Below, in pieces: positions 44,501 to 56,443 of a stretch of DNA of 64,000 bases (positions are counted from its first letter, which is position 1; every line of letters begins with the position of its first letter). The stretch comes from Zancudomyces culisetae HAW-14-8 (taxonomy: Eukaryota; Fungi; Kickxellomycota). The stretch spans positions 1,488,001 through 1,552,000 of the forward strand of contig JBNJNM010000008.1 of NCBI GenBank assembly GCA_052426225.1. Direction: 5' to 3'. Made by a program: the position numbers and the translations under genes. The notes under the pieces are model-generated. The model had not been told where the DNA came from and searched no databases. It worked only from the letters and a program-made list of their open reading frames with translations.

Positions 44501-45706
44501 ATCAAGGTCCTCAATTTTTGTTATAGCAGCTTTTGCTAAACATATTTTGCCCATATCATTTCCCATTCCTTCGACCATCTCCATCAACTTTTGGTTTCTT
44601 ATCCTTAATACTTCTATTATAGGCTCTTGCTGCTGCGACAGCTGGGAAGTTTTATTAATGGAAAGTACTGCCAGTGCATTCATAATTGCCAGCAATAGCA
44701 GACTAGCCACTTCAACTATTTCATATTCGTGTGTATCGCCTTTTTGCATGATTCTGATACAACTGTCTCGTGTACTCGACATTTTTCCTGAGAATATATC
44801 GTATTTTTCATTCGCTTTCTCCAACACACCATTTCTTTGTTCCTCTGTATACCTGTATTGCTGTTTTCGAACCAAATACACCAATATTTTCCCACATTCC
44901 AAAACGTCTTGCATCGAATCCATATTTTCCTCTTTTCCATCTCCTTTTATAAACTCCTCTACACTAGCTTTGTACTCTTTGGTAAAATAGTCCATAATGA
45001 TGTCGATGTGTTGATTCATACCACACAGCACTTTATCTTCGACTACTCCCTTACTTGCGTCTTTTTTCATACCACCACCGCCCTGCTCCGAAATCATCAT
45101 CATTATCCCCTTACTTTTGTCACCTGCTCTTTGCTTTGTATATTCCGCTTTACTGTGATCATTTCCCTCAACATTTATGACTTTTAGTATCTCAGCTTCA
45201 ATTATCTTTTCTACTGCCGTTAATTTGTTGACTTTTATTACTATATTCAGCAGTTCTCTTCGTATTACGGGATCTGAGGTTACAAAGTAAGTCTCGATCA
45301 TGACTTTTGCCAAAAACAGAATCACTTTACGCTCAAGTTCACTTTTCTTGATATCTTGATTCCCTTTGCGCAACTCACTACCATTCTCAAGCACTCGAAG
45401 CTGATTTATTGTGCTCAAGATATCGCCTATTTGGCGCACTTCATTATACTGCAATTCCCAATTTCCATCGGTATGCTGTCCGATCTTTATCAGCTCCACT
45501 GTTCCATCCAATAATCTTTTGTAAAAGCTTTTCTTTTTTAGCTTATCTTTATCTCCGGGCTTGGGTACATCCTCCTCATGGATCCCTGTTTCGAATCCTT
45601 CCAATTCCCCAAGCAATTCTTGTGCGATTAGTAGGTATTCATCCCACACCTTCACTGCCCGTCTTCTTTTTTTCTTTTGATTTTTTCCTTGATTTACCCT
45701 TCCCAT
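38582..45706 (-). CDS. TRM732: THADA/Trm732 family armadillo-repeat protein (DUF2428), about 2374 aa from the first ATG
   Basis: SWKLIKYSS, LLTCKHKGTF, TRRSAGYP, LNLLRILFDD and DWSVNNA motifs of DUF2428; single long ORF with Asn/Asp-rich insertions. Confidence 0.85.
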   Translation of the reverse strand: MGRVNQGKNQKKKRRRAVKVWDEYLLIAQELLGELEGFETGIHEEDVPKPGDKDKLKKKSFYKRLLDGTVELIKIGQHTDGNWELQYNEVRQIGDILSTINQLRVLENGSELRKGNQDIKKSELERKVILFLAKVMIETYFVTSDPVIRRELLNIVIKVNKLTAVEKIIEAEILKVINVEGNDHSKAEYTKQRAGDKSKGIMMMISEQGGGGMKKDASKGVVEDKVLCGMNQHIDIIMDYFTKEYKASVEEFIKGDGKEENMDSMQDVLECGKILVYLVRKQQYRYTEEQRNGVLEKANEKYDIFSGKMSSTRDSCIRIMQKGDTHEYEIVEVASLLLLAIMNALAVLSINKTSQLSQQQEPIIEVLRIRNQKLMEMVEGMGNDMGKICLAKAAITKIEDLDILNKSVEKVEKITSEMIRWCIEQVIEICGKLENNENTQRYRIKSTGFDVIKMWISKNQRGATPIQGKADVMEHIFELIERNVTDDKTPQIIIHRIMEIITIIIEGGRGGSLGSMDKEHNKFVERMMKIARKSNRMKYPILTLIVRKGLQDKKQHAANPKDSFDLNWNIDLELEEIEKDFFRDINLVPKLTQYMIERIKGMAGTKDLDKIIGLIVRLMLNGSDQVDRQIQQNSKIGVEEDTTSTSPCFDGIMMTSQYLLPGVFKENIDIAFKLIRELINTTSNRGNSYNSNRYYKVEYSSDTESDTEKQIRAVVNIMVILARLCQKHPIMAIDVNDSGNLEFVLIKNVMDNKGKPHGISKEGWLDISKFVNGGIYGQDDSIKQQLLGLVITNSIDIAKVDGFAKTNHLDIISDKRDMKMQIVKEILLQIINKNEELETDIKLKVAHNLKQFVESATTSTTNNPCNSKQFFSELVQFVTENCFYPGATQIKMYVGMTIVQQITPFLSDGNNTSSSGIGGERIELFKLVMWQLIQLTNNNNLELVDLGIECLINLVDSASSDESNIIDGWLIKKILSLLVLKLNSSIKDVEYVGSMLGFMFYKMIIKSSKYFEITLPSHYSVNSSSDDQQYTNVNDKAGEFINQLYGGLSNIYTQLTATTLVDIIKSNGMIKVLGYITTLNKCLYYLSSEKMYEKYLHQFVGDIIKILMLYIDSVEHIVINPTPENTLKTNTTSDPDHSNGNRANRSIHDKSNGNDDGDDSGDDDDDDDDDGVTDKLMVSTSYYSWKLIKYSSELITEIVVKYYPIINNLNQYEVVETVMEKFRFLLLTCKHKGTFLSISPNFKRLCSLLSSSSSSFSGNRLINTWIHQLIADLDKSDSGNRADADNSGNLLAMSTTVVTRRSAGYPYYLLSLISCTRNSIHNNAERVLYTLLLKYNESNEPEIKVLILNLLRILFDDKSTFYFINYNTSSTGLPHANVQSTTNDGVDGNTDHKNDSNGGSFYFKVLESLLSPTKAGTDWSVNNAINMLFSSLLKRLFGNEINNPTMKLSNTNSLYKLLVNNLSAPKTSSESCQFNSVLLSRYIVNPSTDYNVLFELLVNMAINNKHYMLRKAAAKSAILLLLNNNRLGNQHSGNCDENGDNCDAYIVNLLTLLHQPDTNNNSCNGILLVIYYYVSLLGSFNESSLNALLLAKMNELFFSFYLGLPEPKNTNTSTNTNTNTNTNTSIKRKATNCTENSTKVHRYCTVNQILYFKTLLSIVKKSKANILDNIESNNTNAGQNKDYITNLKQLVSLITQNIVMPLFSTNSRTRIASSGYTERNTDTSGDSFDESNCGFIDYFVTHYGTIYIDNLLLIFLNLALSTAQLVESHLLTTDDNDNDDDNKHTDALAVENILFSALQSIFCFNSGKYTGNSHRDDTVSAGIKSDQQFSNELLVLAHCVLNYYLDLYSHKASNIHSKTSTDTGKSKLDAAPIKSDLAGLLVNLFCLYTSDNKIVDVELLRLVLELLTLFNLNYPGVTGGNKSMTLHLPLIGYKEYVSTSTPSRFIPYSIKPLLLHYYSTCELNVVISPEYLVEMVKIIEFSLAPTNPKHHRLYALRATISLLASIQTLCDGAANSNSEGSGSKGYIHNSLVSDLLLSLFVFMFDDDYQIRQLAQTFVSSNELFLLPSPTVSGTGGAAGKVTDKDISNEQNITHAWYLSSLLLSPTPSTPLCALVDSNYVVKVLLEYLEINTFFTKFSNMNLYSTLSSILPASTTASQPSAKQTASWSVLFYPDNPNSYIDIFCVAKVLYNSLSKYFAHHQLVGNNESNLNALFCSEDEYDVIFNSLSTNIRNICHILATFFSPQSHQTSTSLYANANNNPFIDSYFYISLVLLNYNLRLLENFTNMVNCAYCKTKSDAQFIAIELRVTDSSTAVPKLSSWITSQTPATFANTDSSSTKNVVIPIEFDPSVYNQSPPPFVSFHPKYLELVNYKQ

Positions 45707-47965
45707 CGATTTGTGTGATGTTTTTGCTTTTGTATCGTAATTCACAGTTAGACTATTTTTGCAAAATTTAATTCTGATTTTGTTGAAGCGAGACTGTTGA
45801 GTACTGATTGCCAACCCCTATTACTGTCACGAAATAAAATATTTCTCTAGTGTCTAATAAAACCACCGCCAAAAAAATTTTTTTTTCGTAAACCAACACC
45901 AAAACCAAACAAGCCAATCTTTGATCTGGATCGGTAAAACAAATCTCATAATTCAACCAGCTTTGATCATTGCCGATTTTTGCATCTGAGACTAACTTTT
46001 CTTAACTCAAACACAAATACAGCTAAAAGTACAAGTACAAAGTTTGAGGTGTCTATCACATTCAAAAAGATTGGAAACAACTAGCACATTCTTTAGAATT
46101 CTTTGGGAGGTGAGCACAACAACTCCGAGTAGTCTTAGATGACTAGGGAACTTAATACCACTGCATGGATTTGGTGTTGTGGGGTCCTGATGTTAGTCAG
46201 GCTTTACTTTACAGATCATTAACAACTGCATAAATGATGTGGTAACTTGACTAGTCTAGTAGATTAAAGTATTAATAAAGCAGAAAACAGAAAGTACAAC
46301 GTAGAACGTAGAAAGAGCAACTAACTGAGACTTGCTTTTGAATCTTGAGATAAGAAAGACGAATAGCTGTGGATGGTCGAATTGTGTACTCTTTGTAAGT
46401 ATAAACTTGGACCTCCAGGACCTAGTGTACTTCTTGGGTTTGGATGTCGTAAATAGGTGAGTATCAATTTTCTGTTCATTGAACCTGCTATTATTTATTT
46501 TTGGTTGGGAATACTAAAAAATAACCAACTATTTGTGCATTGTGTGTATGATTGTTGAATAGATCTGGTACCCGTTTTTATTAAGCACCGCAATTAAAGT
46601 ATAAAGAAAACATTGATACAAAGGTTTTTTTACTCATTCCCGGATTTATTATCACAAATCATACAGTTTTTTAATTAAACAGTATATGCATTATATGTAT
46701 ACCAAAGAATCGACAACAAGGTTGGAATTGTGAACCCAAGCGTTCAAAAGTTACTAACAAAGTTGGGCTCTGGTATTGTTCTGAACAATGCAGCTTACAG
46801 TATACCAGAGCTGTACCAACAATTAATAGCAAACAATTGGAAGAAATTCTTTTTGTTTTCATTAAACCCAAGTTTGGCATTTTTCATTCACATACGTACA
46901 CTCATGTACAAAGAGAGCTACTACCATATCCAACAAAGGGTCTGCATTTTTTTTTACACTAAACTAGCAAGTGTTGTTAAATACATGCATCAACTTACTA
47001 GTTGGAATGATGTGTGATATTTTTCATTATGGTTAAACAAAAAACCCTATGCAAATGTACGGGGGAGCTGAGTATTATAGCCATGGTAGCTCAGCATCAT
47101 TTCCAGTTTTTATAGGCTAATAAAGCAGTATTTCGCCGAGTATGAGTCTTTTTAGAAAATGAAAAGGAACTGTTCTTATTGTTATTTCAATGGCTATTTG
47201 CATTTAAACTCAATTCGTTTAATCTTACCAATATCTGTTTTGTTGTTATCGCTATCACGGATATTGCTGCTATTATTCCGGAATGCATATGAAGTCAATG
47301 TTTGGAGGATGGAGATGTGGGAGGTTAGTATCAAAATATTTAAAACAAAAAATTTTCATGTGTGATTACACCCTCAAATATGAATTTTTTTTTATTTACC
47401 AATAAACGCAGTAAAATTATGATAGGGTCAATCATAGAGATTATGTAATAGAAAAAACGTGAAAATTCCAATGTGGGCTCTAGCTGCAGAAAAAAAAAAC
47501 CTATGGTTATAATTAGTGCGATAGCTAAGAGCGTTTGTGCTTTATTTTTGTATGTGCTTTTTTGGATTATTATTTTTTTTTGTAATGCCGAAAACTCTAT
47601 ATCAATAGATATGGTGCTATTTGCCAACTTTTCAGGAGCATTAATCATTTACCAATTGTGACGAAAAGTGCAAAATTGAAGCCCAAACTAACAAAAATCA
47701 CGTTTTTCGGGTTAGAATAGAACAGAAAAAATGCAGGGAGCTGAACGTTTCCACTCCTCAGTAAAGAAAAAGGGAGGGGAGTGAATTTGTATTTCAGACA
47801 AAATATTTGCAATATCCCTTATACTTCTAAAAACAAAAGCTCGAACCACCCTAATAATATTTCCTGTATAGTGATATTCGCTTTCAGTGTGGATAAACAT
47901 AAAATTCCAGCACAACACCGATCTCTTAAATATATATAGTCAAACACAAACAGCAAAATATAAGG

Positions 47966-49136
47966 ATGGACGACTCAATGGTAAAACCCGTGCTTGGTGC
48001 ACTGAACGTGTTTTTTGATAGCAAAAGTGTAAATACTACCATCAAAGTGCTCAACGCTACGGGTGCCAGGGACAAAGTCTACAGAGTTCTAATATACTAC
48101 TCCAGGTTTATGGTGTATAGGCTTAAAAAAGCCAACTCCTCACCCGACCTAATTGCGATCTTTGCAAGTATCCAGTCCAACCTCAGTCCCGTGAGAAAAG
48201 GTTAGTTTTGTTTATTGGATTTATTTTTGCTTCGACGAGAAGATAAAATCACGATATGGGGTTGTGAGTTTGCTCTTGCACTCTATCTCAGTGTTCACAA
48301 TTTAACATACAAGATAAATAGCGCTAAAAAAGCACATATTCTACACAAAAAACAATATCACTCTTTTTTCTGTTATTCCTTTTTCATAAAGATATTTTTC
48401 TCAACTACAGATATCTGCGGGTTAACTAAAATTTCAACTAAAATCATAACAAACACTAAACTTCTTTTTTTTCTTCCTTGTAGTTTTGAGATTGGGTAAC
48501 TTTATTTCAGCATTGAAACTGGCTCTTGCTGCACTAACACGCCCAGGAGATCAAGTTGCAAACATACTCACATTTTTATCTAGAATATCCAATGCTGTAT
48601 ACGTCATCGTAGACATGCTTGCATACGTAAGTAATATTGGTTTGTATCTATGTGAAAAATTTGTCCACTTATCTATGTATTCTTTTATTCTTGTTTTCTT
48701 GAATTCTTGAATTCTTGTATGCTCCCAATTAAAAACTCGCGTTAAATGATAATTGTAGTTCCATTCGATAAAAATAATCAAGCTCAAGGACCCCAAAAAG
48801 GCTCTTACAACTTCAAACAGGTTGTGGGGTTCCACTATTTTCTTCAGTATTCTGCACTCTTTGTATGTTATTCCTAAAATTAACAGGCGCATTAGAGCCT
48901 TATCCGACGAAGCCGTACATGTAAAGGGAGAAATAGTTGACGTCGAAGCAGAAAAGGAACTCATTTCATTGAAGGCACAAAAAGAATCCATTACAGATCA
49001 GCTTACAATCGATGCACTGGAGTTCCCTCTCCCACTGGCTAGTTTAGGGTATGTTAACCTCAGTGACGGCACTATTGGTGGAATCGGAACAGTTACTTCG
49101 ATGATGATGCTTAGAAAGATTATCAAAGGCTTTTAA
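47966..49136 (+). CDS. PEX11: Peroxisomal fission protein Pex11; exons 47966-48200, 48484-48626, 48759-49136
   Basis: Two GT-AG introns give GARDKVYRVLIYYSRF...SPVRKVLRLGNF...D..IP-like DALEFPLP...SDGTIGGIGTVTS. Confidence 0.88.
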
Positions 49137-49676
49137 TTTTCTTACATGTGGCCATGTGACAGAAATACGTGTGTGATTTTTATTTACTCGTTATAGTTGT
49201 ACTCGCTCTTCGACAATAAATTGAACACCATAAATCATAAATATATTATGCCCAGGTCCTAGCTTTTCCTTTTACAAAAACACTTTTTCTCAATAATGTG
49301 GCATCGCAATACCAATGCAGAAGCAATACATTGAAGCGGTCATGATTAAATCTAGCTATGGGCATCACCAATTGACAAAAAAGAATCGTGGGGTCAAGTA
49401 TATACCAATAAGTGGCCATAATCCTGTTAGCTTGTATGATCTGGCCCTACAGCTTGTTTTATTCTGCTTTTTTTTTTGTAAAGACAAACTAAAGTAAAAA
49501 TATTCAACGAGTAATCATTATAGAATCAAACCTGATTCGATCAGAATTGAGGGGTTTACTCAAAATAATAGTTATACAGCTAACTGCTCCAAAGTCAGAT
49601 ACAGCCTTAAAGATTGCCGTAGAGGGAATGGAAATATATTGGAACGGGAGCAACGTAAATACAAGAATGTGATCGG

Positions 49677-50554
49677 TTATCCAGTCATATCTCGCTTGCG
49701 TCCTCGAAGACGGACATCAGCCAGCCTTCTCAGAGTAGTTTTGGAGTGCTTGGAAAGCCTTGTGTATGAATCATAGAATTTTTCCAAAAATTGTTCGCAG
49801 TTGGGATAGGTACTGGCTAACGCCCTTTCAAAAACATATAGATCAACAGCTTTGTCTTCAGGCAGACTACTGACAAAGCCAAGCCCAAAATCTATCAGAT
49901 ATAATTCCATGTCTCTGGGCGTTTCATTATTTTTGTGAACCAGCAGCATATTAGAAGTTGTTAAATCGCCATGAACGACGCCTAGATCATGTAGCTTTGC
50001 CAGAGTTTCAGCAGCCTTTGCAGCAAGCTCGGATTCAATCTCTTTATTGGAAAGATTATCATCTAAGTAGCGCTTTGCGTTGAGATCAGAGATATACTCG
50101 TAATAGATTGTGTTGTTTACTTTGTCTACATGGTAAATCGCTGGGACATTGATGCTTGCCAACTTGCAGCGATGAATTAAGCGAAGCTCCTGAGTCATTT
50201 GATTATGTATTATTTTCTCATCTAATAGCTTGTGTCGATATTTCTTGCTGAATCTGACCTTTGATACTGCAGGATAGCCGTAAAAGTCCACCTTGTATAG
50301 TTTCTATGACATTTTTTTAATATTATAAAAGGAGCATTGTTAGTTTGGATGTTTCCAGTGGATAGTCTCACGAATAACAAAATTAAAGCAACGCATTTAG
50401 TGGCAAAAGCAGTGTATACGATCCTTTGAGAAAGAGATTTAGAAAAGAGGGATAAAAAAAATCAGAATGCTGCTTTTCTTAAGTAGATATGATTATTCAA
50501 CAATGGATTTACCGCTTCTGCGCCTTGGCTGATGAGTGTTTGTTCGGCTGTCAT
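49677..50554 (-). CDS. BUD32: KEOPS complex atypical kinase Bud32/PRPK; exons 50554-50513 and 50303-49677
   Basis: Exon 1 MTAEQTLISQGAEA; KVRFSKKYRH, HGDLTTSN, IDFGL, EDKAVDLYVFERA and VRLRGRKRDMTG. Confidence 0.95.
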
Positions 50555-50981
50555 TGTTTTAATTTATCGGATTTATACGGTCTATAAGATGATTTCCGAG
50601 CCAGTTTATTGTATTTTCACAAACGGCGTTGTGCTCTTTGGATGTTGCACACAATTAGAATCTCTGTAGTGAACAGGAAATGGGTAATATCCTGAGTATT
50701 ATTTTAGCTATTTATTGAGTGATCATCTCAAAAAAACACCAGTTTTTTTTAGAGTGCGTGACTGAATTGGAAAATAAAAATGCAAAAAAAATTTTCTTCA
50801 GCCATTTGCTTCGATTTACCTCTCACCTTTATCAACCATCGAGGAAAATCGAAATTGGTAAATAACCGATTTTATCTGGAGTATATACACAAAATATAAA
50901 AAAATAGGTGATACAACTTTAGTGCTAAACATTAGCAATCAATTGAAAAGGCAGGTATAACGAGAAAAAAGCACATAGATA

Positions 50982-51428
50982 ATGTCGAAAAAGGCAGGAG
51001 GAGCAGCTACTTCAATACTGAAATTATTGGTTCCAGCTCAAAAAGCTACTCCCTCACCCCCAATCGGTCCAGCACTGGGTCAAAAGGGTGTCAAGTCCAT
51101 CGACTTTTGCAAGCAATTTAACGATAGAACTAAAGAAATCCAGTCAGAGACACCAATCCCAACAATAATTACAATCAAGCCCGATAGAACCTTCACTTTT
51201 ATTACTAAATCACCACCAACCTCCTGGTTGTTAAAACGAGCGGCAGGAATTCAAAAGGGCGCGAGCAAACCGGGTTCTCAAATCGTCGGCACCGTTTCTC
51301 TAAAGCATATCTATGAAATAGCCAAGATCAAGCAAAAAGATCCCAGTTTAAGTCATGTGGAATTACAGAGCATTTGCAAGTCGATTATTGCTTCTGCAAA
51401 ATCAGCAGGCATCGAAGTGAAGCCATAA
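50982..51428 (+). CDS. MRPL19: Mitochondrial ribosomal protein uL11m
   Basis: ATPSPPIGPALGQKGVKSIDFCKQFN, PDRTFTF and VSLKHIYEIAKIK. Confidence 0.93.
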   Translation: MSKKAGGAATSILKLLVPAQKATPSPPIGPALGQKGVKSIDFCKQFNDRTKEIQSETPIPTIITIKPDRTFTFITKSPPTSWLLKRAAGIQKGASKPGSQIVGTVSLKHIYEIAKIKQKDPSLSHVELQSICKSIIASAKSAGIEVKP

Positions 51429-51988
51429 GATATGCTTACACAGTCGAAAAGAAAAACTTCAGATCTGGGTACACTCAGATTGACGGTTTTGCAAATTAGG
51501 ATAAACCTGTCAATAGATCTATGGGAGAGAGGGGGAATGAGATTTGGAGTTTGCTTTTAGTTATTTTGTGCATGTGTTTGTGGACGGGGGAATGTTGATA
51601 TTTGGAATTGTGAATAGTGATTATATGCATGCGATTATCAAAATATTTAATTTCTTTTCAGATTTAGTAGTTTAGTTATCATAGAATGTATTGATTGTTA
51701 CGGCTTAAATAAAATTATTTGAACCTTTAGCTACAATCAAAAACTAGCATTTTCAAGAGTAATTCACAAATAAACAAAAAAGAAAAGTCTACCGGTTTAA
51801 GGGGGCCTCTATAGTGGCATCTATAAACTATTTAAAATGAATAGAGCTGTGGCTAACAATACAGCTCACAGGCCCTCCCCCTCCTTCCCTCGAGAAAAAA
51901 AATATACTTTTTTTACTAAACTAGGGAAAAAGAGAGGCGGATTATAGTATGTTGGCTGGCACGTATCCATTGCTCTCAATGATAAACA

Positions 51989-53812
51989 CTAACCGCGTCT
52001 CAGGACCTCGAAGTGACCTGAATCGGGAGGTTTCAAGAAGACCCAGCCATCCTTCACCAAAATCTTTTCAATAATGGAGCCCAGAACATTTTTGTTGAGG
52101 GGTGAATGATAACCCTTGCCAGTCATGATAATGCAATTGGAGCTTTCTGCCTTTATCGACCGATAGTAGTAATACCAAATAAACAGTTCCAAACGCGTAA
52201 TAATTATAGCTTGGTTTCCAGTTACGCCGTGCAAATCGACAAAGTAGAACTCGCTATTTTGGTTACGCTTCGATTCAACCGACAGAAAAGCCGCTCTCAT
52301 TTTCCACATTTTCAAGTCTTTGGAATGCACGTTCCCCTGTGCCGAGTAGTGTGAGCTCGTAGCTACATGGTGCCCTGGTTTATTTCTAGCTTCGTAATAC
52401 ATTCTAGCCTTTCTAAAGCTTTCGTTGCGCTTTGCTTCAATGCTCTGAGCTACGTTAAGGCACTTGGCTTCATCTAGTTTTTTGCCCCTGGACATTGCAT
52501 ATTTTTTGGCTTCAATGGCCGTCAGATAATTTTCTTTGCCTTCAACCTCCTTACTGCTAATTATCTCGTGTAGATAATCAATAAACTGGTGTATGGTTAA
52601 GTCATTATTCTTGAGCTTTTGACTCTTTTTTAGGGTCGGAATCAACATGTCTAGGTAAAAGTGTCCTGGTTTCTTCGGATTTTTATGCTCAACTATATTT
52701 TCTGTGGATTCCTTTCTCTCATTAGAAAAACAGATGACATCGGTAAGTTTAATGTTTCGTGGTGTATCCTTCTTTTTCAGGCCCTTAATGAGTGTGCTTG
52801 ACGAAGCCATTCCTCCGTTATTTCTCAAAATATAATCTACTGAGGTCTCTAGAGTTCCAAAGTACTCTAGGATTTCAGCGAGAACTTTTTGCTCGATATT
52901 AGGAAAGATATCCACCAGCTCTGATAGAATAACATCCTTAGGGCCCACATTTGGCACAGCAGTATCAGTTCCGTATTGTCTTGGGCCTTCTTTTGGTTTC
53001 GAGGAATTAACCGGCTCGTTTTTCCATTTATGTGACCATGGTTCGTTCATTTCCTTGTTCAAGTCTTCGAGTCTTTTTACTTGAAAGCCAGTTTTATAAT
53101 CCATGGAAAAAATATCTACATCTTGGGCTTCTAGGTCTTCTATCGCTTTTTTCAGCACACAATTGTTTCTATGGTAGCAGTTTGCCAAAAAAGTAATATT
53201 CTTGTGTGGAAACTTTTTTCTGAGTATTTGAATGTCAGGGTTTTCACCAGGTCTAAACCAACTGTTGTTGTTCGTATTTACTGATTCCCAAAACCCAGGC
53301 TTTTCTACTTGTCTTTTGGATCCTTTTTTCTTGGATATTCTGTTACCTAGACCACTGATATTGCTTTTTTCCAACTCACTAAACATGGGTTTCGAAGCTT
53401 TGTTTTCAGTTGGTTGGTTCTTTTCCTGTTCGTTTCCCTTCCCGCTCCCCTGAACCTTCAATTCTGTACTTCCATAGGTATGGTTCTTTCTTTCTGGCAA
53501 CATTTGTAGGTGTACATCTTTAAATTCATTTGTGGCGTCAATCCCTCTTCTTTTAATGCCGCCTAATATTTTGTCAAAAAGCCCTACTAGATCTTCATTT
53601 TCGTAATTTTTGTCCTTATCAATGATTTCTTGTAGCAGATTCTCCGTTTCCATATCATTGATCTCTGGAAAACATGCTGCCACAAATTCGTGAATATACT
53701 CTTGTGATATTTTAATCCCGGATTCGACCTCGTTTGATACGTCTTGAGGAGGGTTGGCCTTGATTTTATTTGAAGGCTTTGCAGCTTTTTTGTTTTTTTT
53801 CTTTTCAACCAT
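51989..53812 (-). CDS. Smr-domain endonuclease with CUE-like and DUF1771-like regions (Cue2/N4BP2 family)
   Basis: C-terminal VDLHGVT...IMTGKGYHS; CUE-like LVDIFPNIE and LRKKFPH; helical RNESFRKARMYY region. Confidence 0.82.
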   Translation of the reverse strand: MVEKKKNKKAAKPSNKIKANPPQDVSNEVESGIKISQEYIHEFVAACFPEINDMETENLLQEIIDKDKNYENEDLVGLFDKILGGIKRRGIDATNEFKDVHLQMLPERKNHTYGSTELKVQGSGKGNEQEKNQPTENKASKPMFSELEKSNISGLGNRISKKKGSKRQVEKPGFWESVNTNNNSWFRPGENPDIQILRKKFPHKNITFLANCYHRNNCVLKKAIEDLEAQDVDIFSMDYKTGFQVKRLEDLNKEMNEPWSHKWKNEPVNSSKPKEGPRQYGTDTAVPNVGPKDVILSELVDIFPNIEQKVLAEILEYFGTLETSVDYILRNNGGMASSSTLIKGLKKKDTPRNIKLTDVICFSNERKESTENIVEHKNPKKPGHFYLDMLIPTLKKSQKLKNNDLTIHQFIDYLHEIISSKEVEGKENYLTAIEAKKYAMSRGKKLDEAKCLNVAQSIEAKRNESFRKARMYYEARNKPGHHVATSSHYSAQGNVHSKDLKMWKMRAAFLSVESKRNQNSEFYFVDLHGVTGNQAIIITRLELFIWYYYYRSIKAESSNCIIMTGKGYHSPLNKNVLGSIIEKILVKDGWVFLKPPDSGHFEVLRRG

Positions 53813-56443
53813 GATGCTCTAACCGCTTTATTAATGTGTTTGATTTTGGTTTCTGTTGATTTTTAATTTTTTTAATCTTTCTTCAAAGTTTTCGATTCGT
53901 GATAAGATCTCGTTTCCTCTCTAAAGTAGATAAAATCTGTCTATTGCATGTCTTTTGACTCTTAATCGTCACGCGTGTTATATTAAGAAATATGCATTTA
54001 TTACCATTTAATAAATTTCTCATTTTCATCAAGTCACGATTTCTGCAAATAACTTTTCAATCTCATCTTTTCCTGATTTGCGACTAAATCCCAAGCATCA
54101 CCTATTAGAAATAAGTCTATATGAAAGAAAAATGGAGCCAGCAAATGGGCTTAGACTTCCATCAAACCAATTTAATAGCGCGCAAAAAATTTTCCTTGTG
54201 GAAAAGTTAGCGATTGATGGAGTTGGTCAAAAAAACGCATAGACAAGGACTCATAAGACAAGTCCCATAGCGACGTGTATAATCACAGAATGAAACAGCG
54301 GAACCTCTTGTCATAGCTTTAGGGTTTGTCAATTAGATGCTACACTTTAAGCGCGATAGTGCGATTCATTGATATCTTTAAGCCGTTTTATGTGTTTTAT
54401 GGCGTTTTCCATTTACTCTGTATTAGTCGCAAGTTCTCAGAAATAGTTATAGACTAGTATTAGAGAACAGAGATAGTAGAAAAAAATACAACAATCAGAG
54501 CGCTATATCACAACAACTGGTTGTACTGTGACAGCTTTTGAATTACTTGTTTATATCATGATATGCAGAATCTACATCCATTTTGGTTTTGTAATAAAGC
54601 TAGGTTGATATACTATTTGAAACACACAGAAGACACAAGAGGGAGCGGGGTTAAGTATATATGTGAAAATATGCACAATGGCAGAGTGGTTCAGTACTAT
54701 TGCCACCATTGTATTTTGTTGAATACAAATAAAAAAAAATGAATTGTGAAATGATATAATTGCCTCTTTTTGATTTTATTTAACAGGCGAGTATGGCTTA
54801 ATCTTTTCGGTTCTTGAACGCCTAAATGCTGAATAATCAGAAATTTATTTCCCTTTGAATTTTGGAGTTGATTGATAATTGTAAGAATAAACGATTGGCA
54901 ATTCAATTACAAGCATTGATATATATGTATTCAGGTCGGTTCTTTTTTTTGGGATGATTAAAATGCATGTCCAAAAAGCGAATAGTGGATTGATTTTATA
55001 CCTTATAGTCGGGCTTGAAGTCAATGCGAAAATATATGGTATTGTGTGTTCCACAAGAATCACATTGGTTAGCTGCTCTCTTTGGAAAATGAAAGTAACA
55101 TGGATTATAAACGCAAAACAAATATCAAGAAAAAAAAACATATAAAGAAACCGGTTTGTTCGATAATGTGGTTTACTGCTCAACACACAGAAATCCACAA
55201 AGGCAAACCATATATTAGAACCAACCCTGTTTTTAAGAAGTAAGCAAAGGCAATATGCGAGGAAATACTGTAAATCAAGCTTCTAGTGGAGTCAAAGTAT
55301 ACTACTTTTGTGCACACGTAAACAACTATTTGGATTACGACGATAAAATGACCTTTTGCAAAGAGTGTTATATATTTTTCCTTGGAACATGCTAGTAAAA
55401 CGATGCTTAGAAACGGCAAATAATAGTGTATGATATGGAGCTCCCCACCCACCCCACCCATCCCTTTTCAATAGTTTCTGGGTTTTAATGCTTTCAGGAA
55501 AACCAAACTCTAGTATAAAGATCAAGAAACAAGTATGCATGAACCACAGATTATTTTTTTATTCATTCGTAGAAAGTATCATTAACATTCGGCTTTCAGC
55601 ATCTTTCATTAGCCGAATCCCCTTTATTTGATAAATAAAATAAACAAATATTGTATCTGGACTCACATTATAGAGATATTACAATAAGAAAAACCCCAAT
55701 ATATAGGCTGCTATTGTTAAATATGCAAAAATACCAGTGTTTTGCAATGTTTTAATATAGATAAATTCAAAAGAAAGTCAAGGTTGGCATATTTTAACAT
55801 CGAGTATACAACTCATATTTTGACAAGTACTCGGACGTACAAATATTTTAATATTCAGGCTTGGATGAAATCATTTAATGTACCAATTAGCCATGATGAA
55901 TATTTGATGGGAAATGATAAAAGGATATTTAAAAAGGAAAATTGGTTTATGAGCCACAATCCTTAGTATTCCAATATTGTAACCGGTTTCAGGTTTATAT
56001 CTTTTTTTACATCTTTATAGAAACAACGCTTGTTAAGGAGACTAGTGATGGTTTTACAGATAGGCTTACGAATGTTCTGCCAAGCTAAGCATGAGCCTGC
56101 TTTTTATTAATACCTTCTTCTGGATCTATGTTTTCCGAATTTAACATTCTTGAAAAATTAATCTGGCTAGTTTCGTTAATACATTCAATAGAGCTACTTA
56201 TAATATATTAATACTGGTTTCACTAGTTAATAACATTAGTTAATACAAAAAATATTTTATACAGAAACCAGCAATAGTTAAAAAGAAACACTCAAGGAGT
56301 GAAAAAAAGGGAAATGGGAACATATAAAAAGCAACATATTCTTTTTAAATTATTTCGTTTTTCTTTTCCAACAAAAAGCATCAAAGAAACAGAGTATTAC
56401 AAGTTAAATATAAAAAAAAGTGTAGAAAAATTAATAGTGGTAC

